In this document: piece by piece, positions 31,300-41,088 of the stretch
Position numbering within the stretch: position 1 is the stretch's first letter
Layout of the letters: each line of letters opens with the position of its first letter
Assembly (NCBI GenBank): GCA_002722055.1
Contig: PBKD01000004.1
Span: 7,049 to 71,048 of the forward strand
DNA length: 64,000 nt
DNA from: Rhodospirillaceae bacterium
Lineage (GTDB): Bacteria; Pseudomonadota; Alphaproteobacteria; SHVP01
Reading direction: 5' to 3'
Translations under genes and position numbers: made by a program
The notes under the pieces: generated by a model
Database searches by the model: none
What the model saw: only the letters and a program-made list of their open reading frames with translations
Told to the model about the DNA's origin: nothing

Positions 31300-32049
31300 T
31301 TACCCTCTCAATTTATTTAAAGTCTCATCAGAAATATCAAAATTACTACTTACTGTTTGAACATCATCACTCTCTTCCAAAGTCTCAAAAATTTTAAGAA
31401 CTTTTTCAGCGGTTTCATTATCAACTTTAATGAGATTTTTTGGTTTCCATATTAATTCAGCAGAAATATCATCTGATATTTTTGTTTCCAGAGAGTTACG
31501 AAGATTATAAAAATTTTCCTGTGTTGTGATAAATTCATAGTATTCTTCTGTATCAATAACTTCTTCTGCACCTAATTCAATAGCTAGTTCGAACATTTTA
31601 TCAGAATCTTTTTCAGATGTTTTTACCCTTATCGATCCTACTCTATCAAATTGAAAAGCAACTGAGTTGGTCTCACCCAAAGTACCCCCATATTTTACAA
31701 AAGCCGCTCTTACCTCACCTGCTGTTCGATTTCTATTATCAGTAAGCGCATCAACGATGAAGGCAACCCCTCCAGGAGCATAACCTTCGTACCTTACTGA
31801 CTCAAAATTTGAGCCAACACCTGAATTAGTGCCACGATTTATTGCTTTTTCCATTGTATCTTTAGGCAAATTACCTGATTTAGCAGCAGAAATTGCCGAT
31901 CTTAGCCTTGGGTTAGCACTTGGATCAGCACCTCCTTCTTTGGATGCTACAGTTAATTCACGTATTAGTTTTGTGAAAACTTTAGCTCTTTTTGCATCTT
32001 GAGCACCTTTGCGGTACATTATATTTTTGAATTGCGAGTGACCAGCCAT
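31300..32049 (-). CDS. yebC: YebC/PmpR family protein
   Basis: MAGHSQFKNI, YEGY and TDNRNRT. Confidence 0.96.
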   Translation of the reverse strand: MAGHSQFKNIMYRKGAQDAKRAKVFTKLIRELTVASKEGGADPSANPRLRSAISAAKSGNLPKDTMEKAINRGTNSGVGSNFESVRYEGYAPGGVAFIVDALTDNRNRTAGEVRAAFVKYGGTLGETNSVAFQFDRVGSIRVKTSEKDSDKMFELAIELGAEEVIDTEEYYEFITTQENFYNLRNSLETKISDDISAELIWKPKNLIKVDNETAEKVLKIFETLEESDDVQTVSSNFDISDETLNKLRG

Positions 32050-32121
32050 AATATTTATCTTATTTTATATGATTAAATTTTAAAATATAATTTAACATAG
32101 TAATAAAATTAAAACATCATA

Positions 32122-32934
32122 CTAAGTTGGCCATTCTTCATTTAGTCTTCCCCCAAGTCTCAAAGGTGTAATTTTTTTTGCCAAACCTGTCTCTTCACTT
32201 GTTTCAATTACGACACCACATATCGTTGCATCCCCACCAGCAGGCCTAAATCTATCTTTTGAAATTTTTCCTAAAAACCTATTTATAGGAACATCCTTTT
32301 GCATACCTATTACTGAATTATAATCACCACACATACCAGCATCCGTCTGGTAAGCAGTTCCTTTATCTAAAATTTGCGAATCTGCAGTAGGTATTTGTTG
32401 ATGAGAACCTATAACAGCTGATACTCTTCCGTCAAGAAATTGCGCCATTGCCATTTTCTCACTAGTAGCTTCAGCATGAAAATCAACAAAAATTAAATCT
32501 ACTGTTTTGCCTAGATTAGATGATTTTAAACAATCATCTACACTTAAAAATGGATTTTCAATGGGTTTCATAAAAACCTGACCAATAAGATTTATTATTA
32601 AAATTTTCTTACCATCAAAAGTATTATAAAAATAATAACCTCTACCGGGTGTTCCCTTAACATGATTTAATGGTCTTAGAAGCCTTGGTTCCTTTTCAAT
32701 ATACTCTATTATTCCTGATTGATCCCATGAATGGTTGCCCCCTGTGATTACATCTATACCAGAATCAAAAAATTGTTTACAAATTTCGGAAGTAATACCA
32801 AAACCTCCAGCAGCATTCTCCCCATTGACTATAACAATATCGAGTGAAAGTTTATCTCTTAACATAGGTATTGAGTTAATTACTTTCTCCCTTGCAACTT
32901 TTCCAACAACGTCTCCTAAAAAAAGTAACTTCAA
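32122..32934 (-). CDS. ymdB: YmdB/TIGR00282 metallophosphoesterase
   Basis: GDVVG, NGENAAGG, GNH and DFHAEATSEK; the canonical GTHTH reads GSHQQ. Confidence 0.92.
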   Translation of the reverse strand: MKLLFLGDVVGKVAREKVINSIPMLRDKLSLDIVIVNGENAAGGFGITSEICKQFFDSGIDVITGGNHSWDQSGIIEYIEKEPRLLRPLNHVKGTPGRGYYFYNTFDGKKILIINLIGQVFMKPIENPFLSVDDCLKSSNLGKTVDLIFVDFHAEATSEKMAMAQFLDGRVSAVIGSHQQIPTADSQILDKGTAYQTDAGMCGDYNSVIGMQKDVPINRFLGKISKDRFRPAGGDATICGVVIETSEETGLAKKITPLRLGGRLNEEWPT

Positions 32935-33500
32935 TCTAGCCTCTCAAAATTCTCTTCTGTTACAACTATATCAAGCCTTTCATCATGTTCAGAAATAGGA
33001 ACAAAATTTACCCTCTGTATCTCTCTTCCAACACCAATCACAACAATCGTTTGACCCTTATTTTTCTTGAGATTAGTTATAGTAGTATCATAGTAACCAG
33101 CACCATATCCTAATCTACTTCCTTTTTTATCAAACCCTACTAAGGGAGTCAGTATTACATCTGGAACTAATAAGGGTTGATCACCCCATGGTTGAGATGT
33201 GCCAAATTTTCCAGGCCTAAGTGGATCGAAAGGACGCCACTTTCGAAAATTAAGAATTTTACTATAGGAAGTAACCTCTGGCAAACAAATCATACAACCA
33301 AATTTAAATAGTTTTGCAATAAGATATCTAGGATCTGCCTCATTTCTCATAGGCCAATAACCAGCTATTACTTTATCTTTAGAAAAAAAATAATTTTTTA
33401 ATAAATTATCAGATATAGCTTTGGGCTCCCAGGCTAATAGTGGATTCGCTTCTTTTAAAGATAATAATTTTAATCTTAGAGCTTTTTTGTTCAATTTCAC
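32931..33500 (-). CDS. ygfA: 5-formyltetrahydrofolate cyclo-ligase
   Basis: PLVGFD..G.RLGYGAGYYD and HDERLD; immediately downstream of 6S RNA. Confidence 0.94.
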   Translation of the reverse strand: MKLNKKALRLKLLSLKEANPLLAWEPKAISDNLLKNYFFSKDKVIAGYWPMRNEADPRYLIAKLFKFGCMICLPEVTSYSKILNFRKWRPFDPLRPGKFGTSQPWGDQPLLVPDVILTPLVGFDKKGSRLGYGAGYYDTTITNLKKNKGQTIVVIGVGREIQRVNFVPISEHDERLDIVVTEENFERLD

Positions 33501-33520
33501 ATCACTTAACTTTTTCTTAC

Positions 33521-33677
33521 ACGGGACCGCAAAATCCGAAAATCATGATTTCTACCTTGGCCTACTAACAGTAGGTGGGTGCCGCGATATTAAGACCACA
33601 ATCCCAACAGAGACAGCTCCCAAGTGAGAAGAAACGGCCCGGGAGATATATTGCTTTTCCTGATTTGCAGTGCCCGC
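33521..33677 (-). ncRNA. ssrS: 6S RNA
   Basis: GC-rich ~157-nt segment between zapA and ygfA (canonical synteny); termini GCGGGCACTGCAAATC and GATTTTGCGGTCCCGT can pair; internal GGGAGCTGTC and CCCACCTAC segments typical of alphaproteobacterial 6S. Confidence 0.88.
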
Positions 33678-33690
33678 TATTCACAAAGTA

Positions 33691-33999
33691 TTATTTATTT
33701 AACTTTGCCGCAACATCCAAAATTCGCTTAGTTGCAATATTTAAAGATTGAGTTGCCTCAAAACTTAATTTAGAGGCCACTGGTGATGAATTTGATTCCT
33801 TAATATCATTTAACTCATCGGCTAAAAGTAGTGAAGCCATTAATATGAGTCTTGCATCACCTACCTGACCCATGGAAGCGACAAGATTTTTTACTATTTG
33901 ATTAACTTTGACAGAAAGTTCTGTTAGATGATCTTCTTGACCATCGTCGCAGGCTATTTGATAACTTCTACCGTTAATATCTATATCTACAATTGCCAT
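33691..33999 (-). CDS. zapA: Cell division protein ZapA
   Basis: INGRSYQIACDDGQEDHL and RLILMASLLLADEL. Confidence 0.95.
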   Translation of the reverse strand: MAIVDIDINGRSYQIACDDGQEDHLTELSVKVNQIVKNLVASMGQVGDARLILMASLLLADELNDIKESNSSPVASKLSFEATQSLNIATKRILDVAAKLNK

Positions 34000-34003
34000 A
34001 AAT

Positions 34004-34291
34004 TTATTCCAAAACAGATTTTAATTTTTTTATAGTTTCGTCCAATCTATTAGAAAGTTTAGTAGTAACCAAAGAAAGAGAATTGTAATTTTCATTTGCC
34101 TCTAAGAGCTTTGATTTTAAATCATCTCGCTCTTTTTTTAAAACTGCTAAATCTTCAGTTTTTTCTGTAATTTTATTATTAGACTCAATTTGATTATTCT
34201 TTGAGCTTTCATCAACCATTTGGTCAACTAACTTTTCCAAGTTGAACAAGGCCTCCTCAAACTTTTCTTTAGATTTTTCAAATTCAGACAA
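34004..34291 (-). CDS. Coiled-coil ZapA partner (DUF4164 / ZauP-like)
   Basis: All-helical, ends RLDETIKKLKSVLE, directly upstream of zapA; TTG 34291 follows a GGAG SD. Confidence 0.75.
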   Translation of the reverse strand: MSEFEKSKEKFEEALFNLEKLVDQMVDESSKNNQIESNNKITEKTEDLAVLKKERDDLKSKLLEANENYNSLSLVTTKLSNRLDETIKKLKSVLE

Positions 34292-34417
34292 TTCCAACTC
34301 CAAAAAAGATACAATAACCAAATAAATTATAAAAAAACTATTTTAAAAAAAAATCTTATTTTATCTTACCTCAATCCTGATATTATTCAATAAAAGTCAT
34401 TTATCAAGTTTTCTTTG

Positions 34418-34446
34418 TTGACGATATTGAAATCTGAAGTCATTTT
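34418..34446 (+). promoter_or_regulatory. Candidate sigma-70 promoter for the tkt operon
   Basis: TTGACG-N17-CATTTT. Confidence 0.3.
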
Positions 34447-34490
34447 TAACAAGTCTATTTTGATAAATTATGAATTAAAAAGGTTTAAAT

Positions 34491-36473
34491 ATGTCAGAAC
34501 ATCCTATTGAAGAACGTGTTTTAGCAAATGCAATAAGATTTTTATCAATGGATGCAATAGAAAAGGCAAAATCTGGTCATCCTGGTTTACCAATGGGTTT
34601 CGCGGATGTCGCAACTGTACTTTTCTTAAATCATATGAAATTTGATCCCAAAAAACCTCGCTGGCCAAATAGAGATAGGTTTGTATTATCCGCCGGACAT
34701 GGATCAATGCTTTTGTACTCGCTTCTATATCTTTTGGGATATGAAGATATGACTATTGAGGAGTTAAAGTCATTTCGGATGCTCGGGAGTAAAACACCTG
34801 GACACCCTGAATACCAGATCACACCTGGCATTGAGACGACAACTGGCCCTTTGGGCCAAGGAGTAGCTAATGCTGTTGGAATGGCTATATCCGAGAGAAT
34901 CTTGAACTCAAGATTAAATGACTCAGTAGTTAACCACTTTACATATGTTGTTGCAGGAGATGGTTGCTTAATGGAAGGTATTAGTCATGAAGCTAGCTCA
35001 TTAGCGGGGCACCTAGGTTTATCAAAATTGATAATGTTTTTTGATAATAATGGTATTTCTATTGACGGATCTATAGACCTAACTAACTCTGAAAAAACCC
35101 TTCTAAGATATGAATCCCTTAACTGGCATGTTCAAGAAATTGATGGCCACAATCCTAAAGCAATAGATATAGCAATTAAGAAAGCAAAATTGGATAAAAG
35201 ACCATCATTTATTTCATGTAAGACAATAATTGGATATGGTGCGCCGAACAAACAGGGCTCAAGTGGTGTTCATGGATCACCTTTAGGTAAAGATGAGATA
35301 ATTAATGCAAGGCAATTATTAAACTGGAAAAATGAACCCTTTGATATTCCAGATGTTATTTTGAATGCATGGCGAGATGCAGGGGGGAAAGGTTCTAAAT
35401 ATTCAGAACTTTGGGAATCTAAATTTAAGCTTCTAAAACCAGAAGAAAAGAAATTATTTGATAAAATAGAAAATTTGGACCTAAATATTATTAATAAAAT
35501 AATAGCCCCCTATAAAAAAAGCATGTCAAAAAAATTGCCAAGTATTGCTTCTAGAAAAGCCTCTCAAGAAGTTTTGGAAATTTTTTATGATTCCTTACCA
35601 AATTTGATTGGTGGCTCTGCCGATCTAACAGGTTCTAACAATACTAAAACAAACAAAATGGAAATTATTTCAAAAGAATCCTTTAATGGAACTTACATTC
35701 ATTATGGTGTGAGAGAACATGCAATGGCAGGCATCATGAATGGTATAGCTTTACATGGAAACCTTATACCTTATGGAGGCACTTTCCTAGTATTCTCTGA
35801 TTATTTAAAGCCATCCTTAAGACTTTCATCGCTTATGCAACAACAAGTTATTTATGTTTTATCCCATGATTCTATTGGGCTAGGAGAAGACGGACCGACA
35901 CATCAACCTATTGAACACTTAGCTTCTTTAAGAGCAATTCCAAATGTATTAGTTTTTAGACCTGCAGATGTAATTGAAACTGCTGAATGCTGGGCACTGG
36001 CTATTCATTCAAAGAATTCTCCATCAGTAATTGCGTTGACTAGACAAAACCTTGATACTTTAAGGAAAAGCCACGATGAATTAAATTTATGTAGATTTGG
36101 CGCTTACGAAATATCAGCCTCAAAGAAAAAAGCTAATTTATCTATTTTATCAAGTGGCTCTGAAGTATCTATTGCAATTAAAGCCAAAGAAATTCTCGAA
36201 GAAGAGGGTGTTTATTGCAGAGTGGTATCTTTCCCTTGTCAGGAATTATTTGATCTACAATCAGATGAATATAAAAAAGAAATATTACAACCTGAAACTA
36301 AGAAAATTGCTATTGAGGCTGGAATCAAAATGAGCTGGGATAAATACTTGCAGAATAATGATCATTTCATAGGCATTGAAACTTTTGGAGAATCAGCGCC
36401 TTACAAGGATCTTTATGATCATTTTGAAATAAATGTAGATAAAATTCTTTCTATCGCTAGGAATAAAACTTAG
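34491..36473 (+). CDS. tkt: Transketolase
   Basis: [19 protein letters not shown] and [15 protein letters not shown]. Confidence 0.98.
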   Translation: MSEHPIEERVLANAIRFLSMDAIEKAKSGHPGLPMGFADVATVLFLNHMKFDPKKPRWPNRDRFVLSAGHGSMLLYSLLYLLGYEDMTIEELKSFRMLGSKTPGHPEYQITPGIETTTGPLGQGVANAVGMAISERILNSRLNDSVVNHFTYVVAGDGCLMEGISHEASSLAGHLGLSKLIMFFDNNGISIDGSIDLTNSEKTLLRYESLNWHVQEIDGHNPKAIDIAIKKAKLDKRPSFISCKTIIGYGAPNKQGSSGVHGSPLGKDEIINARQLLNWKNEPFDIPDVILNAWRDAGGKGSKYSELWESKFKLLKPEEKKLFDKIENLDLNIINKIIAPYKKSMSKKLPSIASRKASQEVLEIFYDSLPNLIGGSADLTGSNNTKTNKMEIISKESFNGTYIHYGVREHAMAGIMNGIALHGNLIPYGGTFLVFSDYLKPSLRLSSLMQQQVIYVLSHDSIGLGEDGPTHQPIEHLASLRAIPNVLVFRPADVIETAECWALAIHSKNSPSVIALTRQNLDTLRKSHDELNLCRFGAYEISASKKKANLSILSSGSEVSIAIKAKEILEEEGVYCRVVSFPCQELFDLQSDEYKKEILQPETKKIAIEAGIKMSWDKYLQNNDHFIGIETFGESAPYKDLYDHFEINVDKILSIARNKT

Positions 36474-36503
36474 TATGAAACTTATAAATTTTGGGAGTAG
36501 TCA

Positions 36504-37508
36504 ATGGTAACTAGAATAGCAATAAATGGTTTTGGAAGAATTGGCAGATTAGTACTGAGAGCTTTAGAAGAATCAAAAAGAAAAGACCTAAAAGTTATAG
36601 CTATAAACGACCTAGGCTCAGCAGAGTTTAATGCTCATCTTTTCGAATATGATAGTAACCATGGAAAATTTAATGGTAATATTAATGTTTCTCGTAACTC
36701 ATTCATCATAGGCTCAAATCAAATAAAAGTTTTCTCAGAACGAGATCCAAAAAACCTTCCTTGGAAAAAATTAAAAATTGATATACTTCTTGAATGTACA
36801 GGAATTTTTACAAAAAGGGCTGATGCAATAAAGCATATTTCAGCTGGAGCGAAAAAAGTTCTTATATCAGCTCCCGCATCAGATGAAGATTTGACTGTTG
36901 TTTTTGGTGTAAACCACAAAAAAATTAAAAAGAATATGCAGATCGTTTCTAATGCATCATGCACGACTAACTGTCTGGCACCTGTGGCGCAGGTTTTAAA
37001 TAATTCTATTGGAATCAATTATGGTTTTATGACTACCATTCATGCATATACAGGGGATCAAAATGTTCAAGACACACTTCATTCGGATATGCGAAGAGCC
37101 AGAGGAGCGGCCCAATCAATGATACCAACATCTACTGGTGCTGCTAAAGCAGTTGGTTTAGTGCTTCCTGAACTTAAAGGCAAATTAGACGGAACCGCTA
37201 TCAGGGTTCCAACAGCGAACGTATCGCTTATTGACTTTAAATTCACCGCAAAAAGAAATACCTCCATTGATGAAATTCATAAAATAATAAAAAAAGCTTC
37301 AAAATCTTCACTGAAAGGAATTATGCAAGTTAGTGATAAACCTCTTGTTTCATGTGACTTTAATCATAACTCTGCTAGCTCTAATTTCGATCTCACTCAA
37401 ACACAAGTTATGGGAAAAAGATTATGCAGGGTTTTATCATGGTATGATAATGAGTGGGGTTTTTCAAATAGGATGCTTGATACAGCTGCAATTATGGGGA
37501 AATTATAA
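36504..37508 (+). CDS. gap: Glyceraldehyde-3-phosphate dehydrogenase
   Basis: INGFGRIGR, ASCTTNCL and WYDNEWG. Confidence 0.98.
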   Translation: MVTRIAINGFGRIGRLVLRALEESKRKDLKVIAINDLGSAEFNAHLFEYDSNHGKFNGNINVSRNSFIIGSNQIKVFSERDPKNLPWKKLKIDILLECTGIFTKRADAIKHISAGAKKVLISAPASDEDLTVVFGVNHKKIKKNMQIVSNASCTTNCLAPVAQVLNNSIGINYGFMTTIHAYTGDQNVQDTLHSDMRRARGAAQSMIPTSTGAAKAVGLVLPELKGKLDGTAIRVPTANVSLIDFKFTAKRNTSIDEIHKIIKKASKSSLKGIMQVSDKPLVSCDFNHNSASSNFDLTQTQVMGKRLCRVLSWYDNEWGFSNRMLDTAAIMGKL

Positions 37509-37514
37509 AAAGCA

Positions 37515-37883
37515 ATGGCAAAGTCATTGTTAGTAAATAAACCTTTTATTATCAACTCTTTTGACCAAGCTAAAAAAGCTATACAACAGAATTTAGGATC
37601 AAGTGTATCCCTTGTTTCTTCACATAATTCAACTCGAAACTCTGGCCCGTCTTATTTTATTAATCTTAAAAATGAACTAGACAATATATATAAAGGGTTA
37701 AAAATTACTATGTGGATAGACTGTGGGCAAGACCCAGGCTTAGTAATGAATACTATTCGACATGGGGGTAAGAATATTATTTTTAGCAACCCTAAAATTA
37801 ATGAAATCTACGAAATGGCAGTTATAGAAAATGTAAAAATGATTGATTCAATTTCAGATGTAATAGACTTATCCAAAAATTAA
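37515..37883 (+). CDS. Conserved hypothetical protein between gap and fba
   Basis: Tightly packed ORF with an IDCGQDPG motif; function not recognised. Confidence 0.65.
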   Translation: MAKSLLVNKPFIINSFDQAKKAIQQNLGSSVSLVSSHNSTRNSGPSYFINLKNELDNIYKGLKITMWIDCGQDPGLVMNTIRHGGKNIIFSNPKINEIYEMAVIENVKMIDSISDVIDLSKN

Positions 37884-37917
37884 ATTTAATATTAAATAAT
37901 AAATTATTATTACAAAA

Positions 37918-38943
37918 ATGGTGAGGGTGATGAATAATTCTAATCTTGAAAATATTGCAAAACTAATGGTTGCTCCAAGCAAAGGTATCCTGGCAGCTGA
38001 TGAGAGCACCGGAACGATAAAAAAACGATTAGATAGTATTGGGGTAGATTCTAATGAAAAAAATAGAAGAACATACAGGGAAATGCTTTTTACTGCCCCA
38101 GAAATTGAAAAATACATCAGTGCGGTTATATTATTTGACGAAACTTTAAGACAAGATAGTAGCAGCGGTAAAAAATTCACAAAAATACTTGAAGAAAAAA
38201 ATATCATTCCAGGGATTAAAGTAGATAAAGGGACTTGGCCGTGTCCAGGCTTTAATGAGTATCCTATTACTCAAGGTTTAGACCTTCTTAAGCAGCGATG
38301 CGATGAATACTATGAGTTAGGTGCAAAATTTACAAAATGGAGGGCAGTTATAAAAATTATCAATTCATTTACACCTAATGAAGTAATTGAAGCTAATGCT
38401 CTAGCATTAGCACTATATGCATCTACAGCACAAGAAAGTGGACTTGTGCCCATTGTAGAGCCTGAGGTGCTTATGGATGGAAATCATGAAATTGATACTT
38501 GCCAAAAAGTAACCGAAACAACACTAAGAATAGTATTTGATAAACTGAACCAATTTAATGTAAACCTAAATGCTATAGTGCTTAAACCAAATATGATAGT
38601 TCCAGGTTCAGATTCAGATCAAGATATTAATTATTCTGAAGTAGCTGATAAAACCCTATATATTCTATCAGCATGCGTACCTAAAAGTGTTCCAGGAGTA
38701 GCTTTTTTATCTGGAGGGCAAACTGAAATACAGGCTACAGAAAATTTAAATTATATGAATCAATCTACAAACTTACCATGGGAAGTTACTTTTAGCTACG
38801 GTCGAGCACTTCAACAAACGGCCTTAAATAAATGGGGAGGAAAGGATAGTAATATATTAAATAGCCAAAAAGCATTTATTCATAGAGCAAAAATGAATAG
38901 CTTAGCTCACGAAGGTAAATATATATCCGATCTTGAAACTTAA
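37918..38943 (+). CDS. fba: Fructose-bisphosphate aldolase class I
   Basis: KGILAADES, GIKVDKG, KWR, PIVEPE, LKPNM Schiff-base Lys and FSYGRALQ. Confidence 0.96.
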   Translation: MVRVMNNSNLENIAKLMVAPSKGILAADESTGTIKKRLDSIGVDSNEKNRRTYREMLFTAPEIEKYISAVILFDETLRQDSSSGKKFTKILEEKNIIPGIKVDKGTWPCPGFNEYPITQGLDLLKQRCDEYYELGAKFTKWRAVIKIINSFTPNEVIEANALALALYASTAQESGLVPIVEPEVLMDGNHEIDTCQKVTETTLRIVFDKLNQFNVNLNAIVLKPNMIVPGSDSDQDINYSEVADKTLYILSACVPKSVPGVAFLSGGQTEIQATENLNYMNQSTNLPWEVTFSYGRALQQTALNKWGGKDSNILNSQKAFIHRAKMNSLAHEGKYISDLET

Positions 38944-38954
38944 AATATTAGATT

Positions 38955-39581
38955 ATGGGAAAAAAATTTGGAATATACCTTATTACTCCTGAGAAAATAG
39001 ATTTAAAATATTTTATAGAAGATTTCGAGAAAGCAATTAAGACTAATCTCGTATCTTACGTACAACTTCGCTTAAAGAATTGCTCAGATGAAACCATCTT
39101 AAAAACTGCAAGCTCCTTACTAGAAATAACAAAAAAATTTAATGTACCTTTAATAATAAATGATCGACCTGATATTGCTCTAAAATCAGGTGCTAATGGA
39201 GTTCATATTGGTCAAAATGATTCTACAATTACTAAAGCAAGAGAAATTCTTGGTAATAAATTAATTATTGGATCGACATGTCACAATTCTATTGACCTTG
39301 CCTGTAAAGCAGTAAATTTAGGTGCTAATTACGTAGCTTTTGGAGCTTTCAATAAATCAACATCAAAAAAAATAGATTTTTATGCAGAGTTATCAATTTT
39401 AGAATGGTGGAAAAGAATTTCAAACACGCCTAGTGTTGCTATTGGAGGAATAACACCAAACAATTTTAAGGACTTAGTTACTTTTGGAGCAGATTATTTA
39501 GCTGTAATTTCATCAGTATGGAAACACCCTAGAGGACCAGCTTTCGCGTTAAATGAATATTTCAAAGAGATGCCAAATTAA
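38955..39581 (+). CDS. thiE: Thiamine phosphate synthase
   Basis: QLRLK, INDRPD, GVHIGQ and AIGGI. Confidence 0.94.
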   Translation: MGKKFGIYLITPEKIDLKYFIEDFEKAIKTNLVSYVQLRLKNCSDETILKTASSLLEITKKFNVPLIINDRPDIALKSGANGVHIGQNDSTITKAREILGNKLIIGSTCHNSIDLACKAVNLGANYVAFGAFNKSTSKKIDFYAELSILEWWKRISNTPSVAIGGITPNNFKDLVTFGADYLAVISSVWKHPRGPAFALNEYFKEMPN

Positions 39582-39676
39582 GCATGGAATAATTTTATTA
39601 AAATCTTTCATAATGTTAGTTTGCAAATGGCACTCTTCTATACTAATAATACTTATTTAATTTTTGATATAAGAAT

Positions 39677-40240
39677 ATGAAAATACAAGTTAACCAAATT
39701 AAACCTGGAATAGTTATTGATTATAACAATACTCAATGGTTGGTTTTAAAAACCCAACACGTCAAACCTGGAAAAGGTGGGGCATTTAACCAGTTAGAGA
39801 TGCGTGATATAAGAAATGGAAGCAAAACAAATGTTAGACTTAGAACTCAAACTACCGTTGAAAAATTAAACACAAGTGAAGAAGAGTTTCAATACCTTTT
39901 CAATGATGGCGAAAAATATACATTCATGAATCCTGAAAATTTTGAGCAAATAGAATTAGATAAGTCCCTTATATCAAATAATTCTATTTATTTAAAAGAA
40001 GGTATGTCTATTAAGATTAATACTATTGAGAGTGAGCCTATTAGTATTTCACTTCCAGAGACTATGGTTTTTGAAGTTATCGAGTCGGAACCAGTTGTGA
40101 AGGGACAAACAGCGGCATCATCAAACAAACCAGCTGTCCTTGAAAATGGTTTAAGAGTAATGGTTCCTCCCTTTGTTGAGCAAGGCAATAAAGTTGTAGT
40201 TAATACGTCTGATGGGACATACTTAAAAAGGGCAGATTAA
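39677..40240 (+). CDS. efp: Elongation factor P
   Basis: KPGKGGAF loop, VKGQT and VPPF. Confidence 0.97.
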   Translation: MKIQVNQIKPGIVIDYNNTQWLVLKTQHVKPGKGGAFNQLEMRDIRNGSKTNVRLRTQTTVEKLNTSEEEFQYLFNDGEKYTFMNPENFEQIELDKSLISNNSIYLKEGMSIKINTIESEPISISLPETMVFEVIESEPVVKGQTAASSNKPAVLENGLRVMVPPFVEQGNKVVVNTSDGTYLKRAD

Positions 40241-40245
40241 ATCCC

Positions 40246-41031
40246 GTGAGCATTAAAACACCACTTATAAACGTGATGATTCTTGCTGTAAGAAAAGCAT
40301 CCAAACCAGTGTTAAGAGACTACGGTGAGATTGATCAGCTTAATACTTCAAAAAAAGGAACAGAAAGCTTTGTAAATAAAACTGAAATGAAGTTAAATAA
40401 AATTTTATTAGATGAACTAGTAAAAAGTAGACCAGAGTGGTCTTTACTATTTAGAGAGAATAACCTCAGAAAAGGAAAGGACGAGTTACATACTTGGGTT
40501 ATTGAACCTCTAGATGGGGTAAAAAATATATCTCATGGAATCCCCTATTTTTCTATATCTATTGCAGCGATGAATGAAAATGAAGTTGTAGCTGGGGTGA
40601 TATACGATCCCCTTAGAGATGAAATGTTTGTATCTGAGAAAGGCAATGGTTCATTTGTAAATGATAAAAGACTCAGAGTTTCAGCTAGAAAAAACATAAA
40701 GAATGCAATTTTTTCTTCTAACGCACCAAACGCTAGACATGATCCAGATAAAAAAATACACACAAGTTTTAAAAAAATTAAACACGATAATGGAGAAATT
40801 AGATTTTTAGGTTCTTCCGCCTTAGATTTTGCTTACGTTGCCGCAGGAAGACTAGATGGTTTATGGCATAATTGTCTAGATTTTTGTCAGATTGCTGCTG
40901 GATCACTAATTATTTCTGAAGCAGGGGGCATGGTAAACATAAAGAATAACGACACTCAACTATCATTTAAAAAAGATATCATAGCCGGTAATGTTGAATT
41001 ATATACAAAACTTCTATCAATATTGAAATAG
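40246..41031 (+). CDS. suhB: SuhB / inositol monophosphatase family protein with degenerate catalytic motifs
   Basis: RDYGE, IEPLDGV, GSSALDFAYVAAGR and EAGG; follows efp. Confidence 0.85.
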   Translation: MSIKTPLINVMILAVRKASKPVLRDYGEIDQLNTSKKGTESFVNKTEMKLNKILLDELVKSRPEWSLLFRENNLRKGKDELHTWVIEPLDGVKNISHGIPYFSISIAAMNENEVVAGVIYDPLRDEMFVSEKGNGSFVNDKRLRVSARKNIKNAIFSSNAPNARHDPDKKIHTSFKKIKHDNGEIRFLGSSALDFAYVAAGRLDGLWHNCLDFCQIAAGSLIISEAGGMVNIKNNDTQLSFKKDIIAGNVELYTKLLSILK

Positions 41032-41056
41032 AAAGTATAAAATAAATAATGTTAAA

Positions 41057-41071
41057 TTAAAATTAGGTTAA
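41057..41071. promoter_or_regulatory. Candidate CtrA-binding site
   Basis: TTAA-AATTAGG-TTAA (TTAA-N7-TTAA) containing a GGTTAA half-site; a second near-site at 41051-41066. Confidence 0.3.
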
Positions 41072-41088
41072 ATTTAATAAATAATCAA

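Noticed and set aside
33421..33627. 68-aa plus-strand ORF
   Set aside because: Antisense to ygfA and the 6S RNA; the GC-rich segment is explained by ssrS
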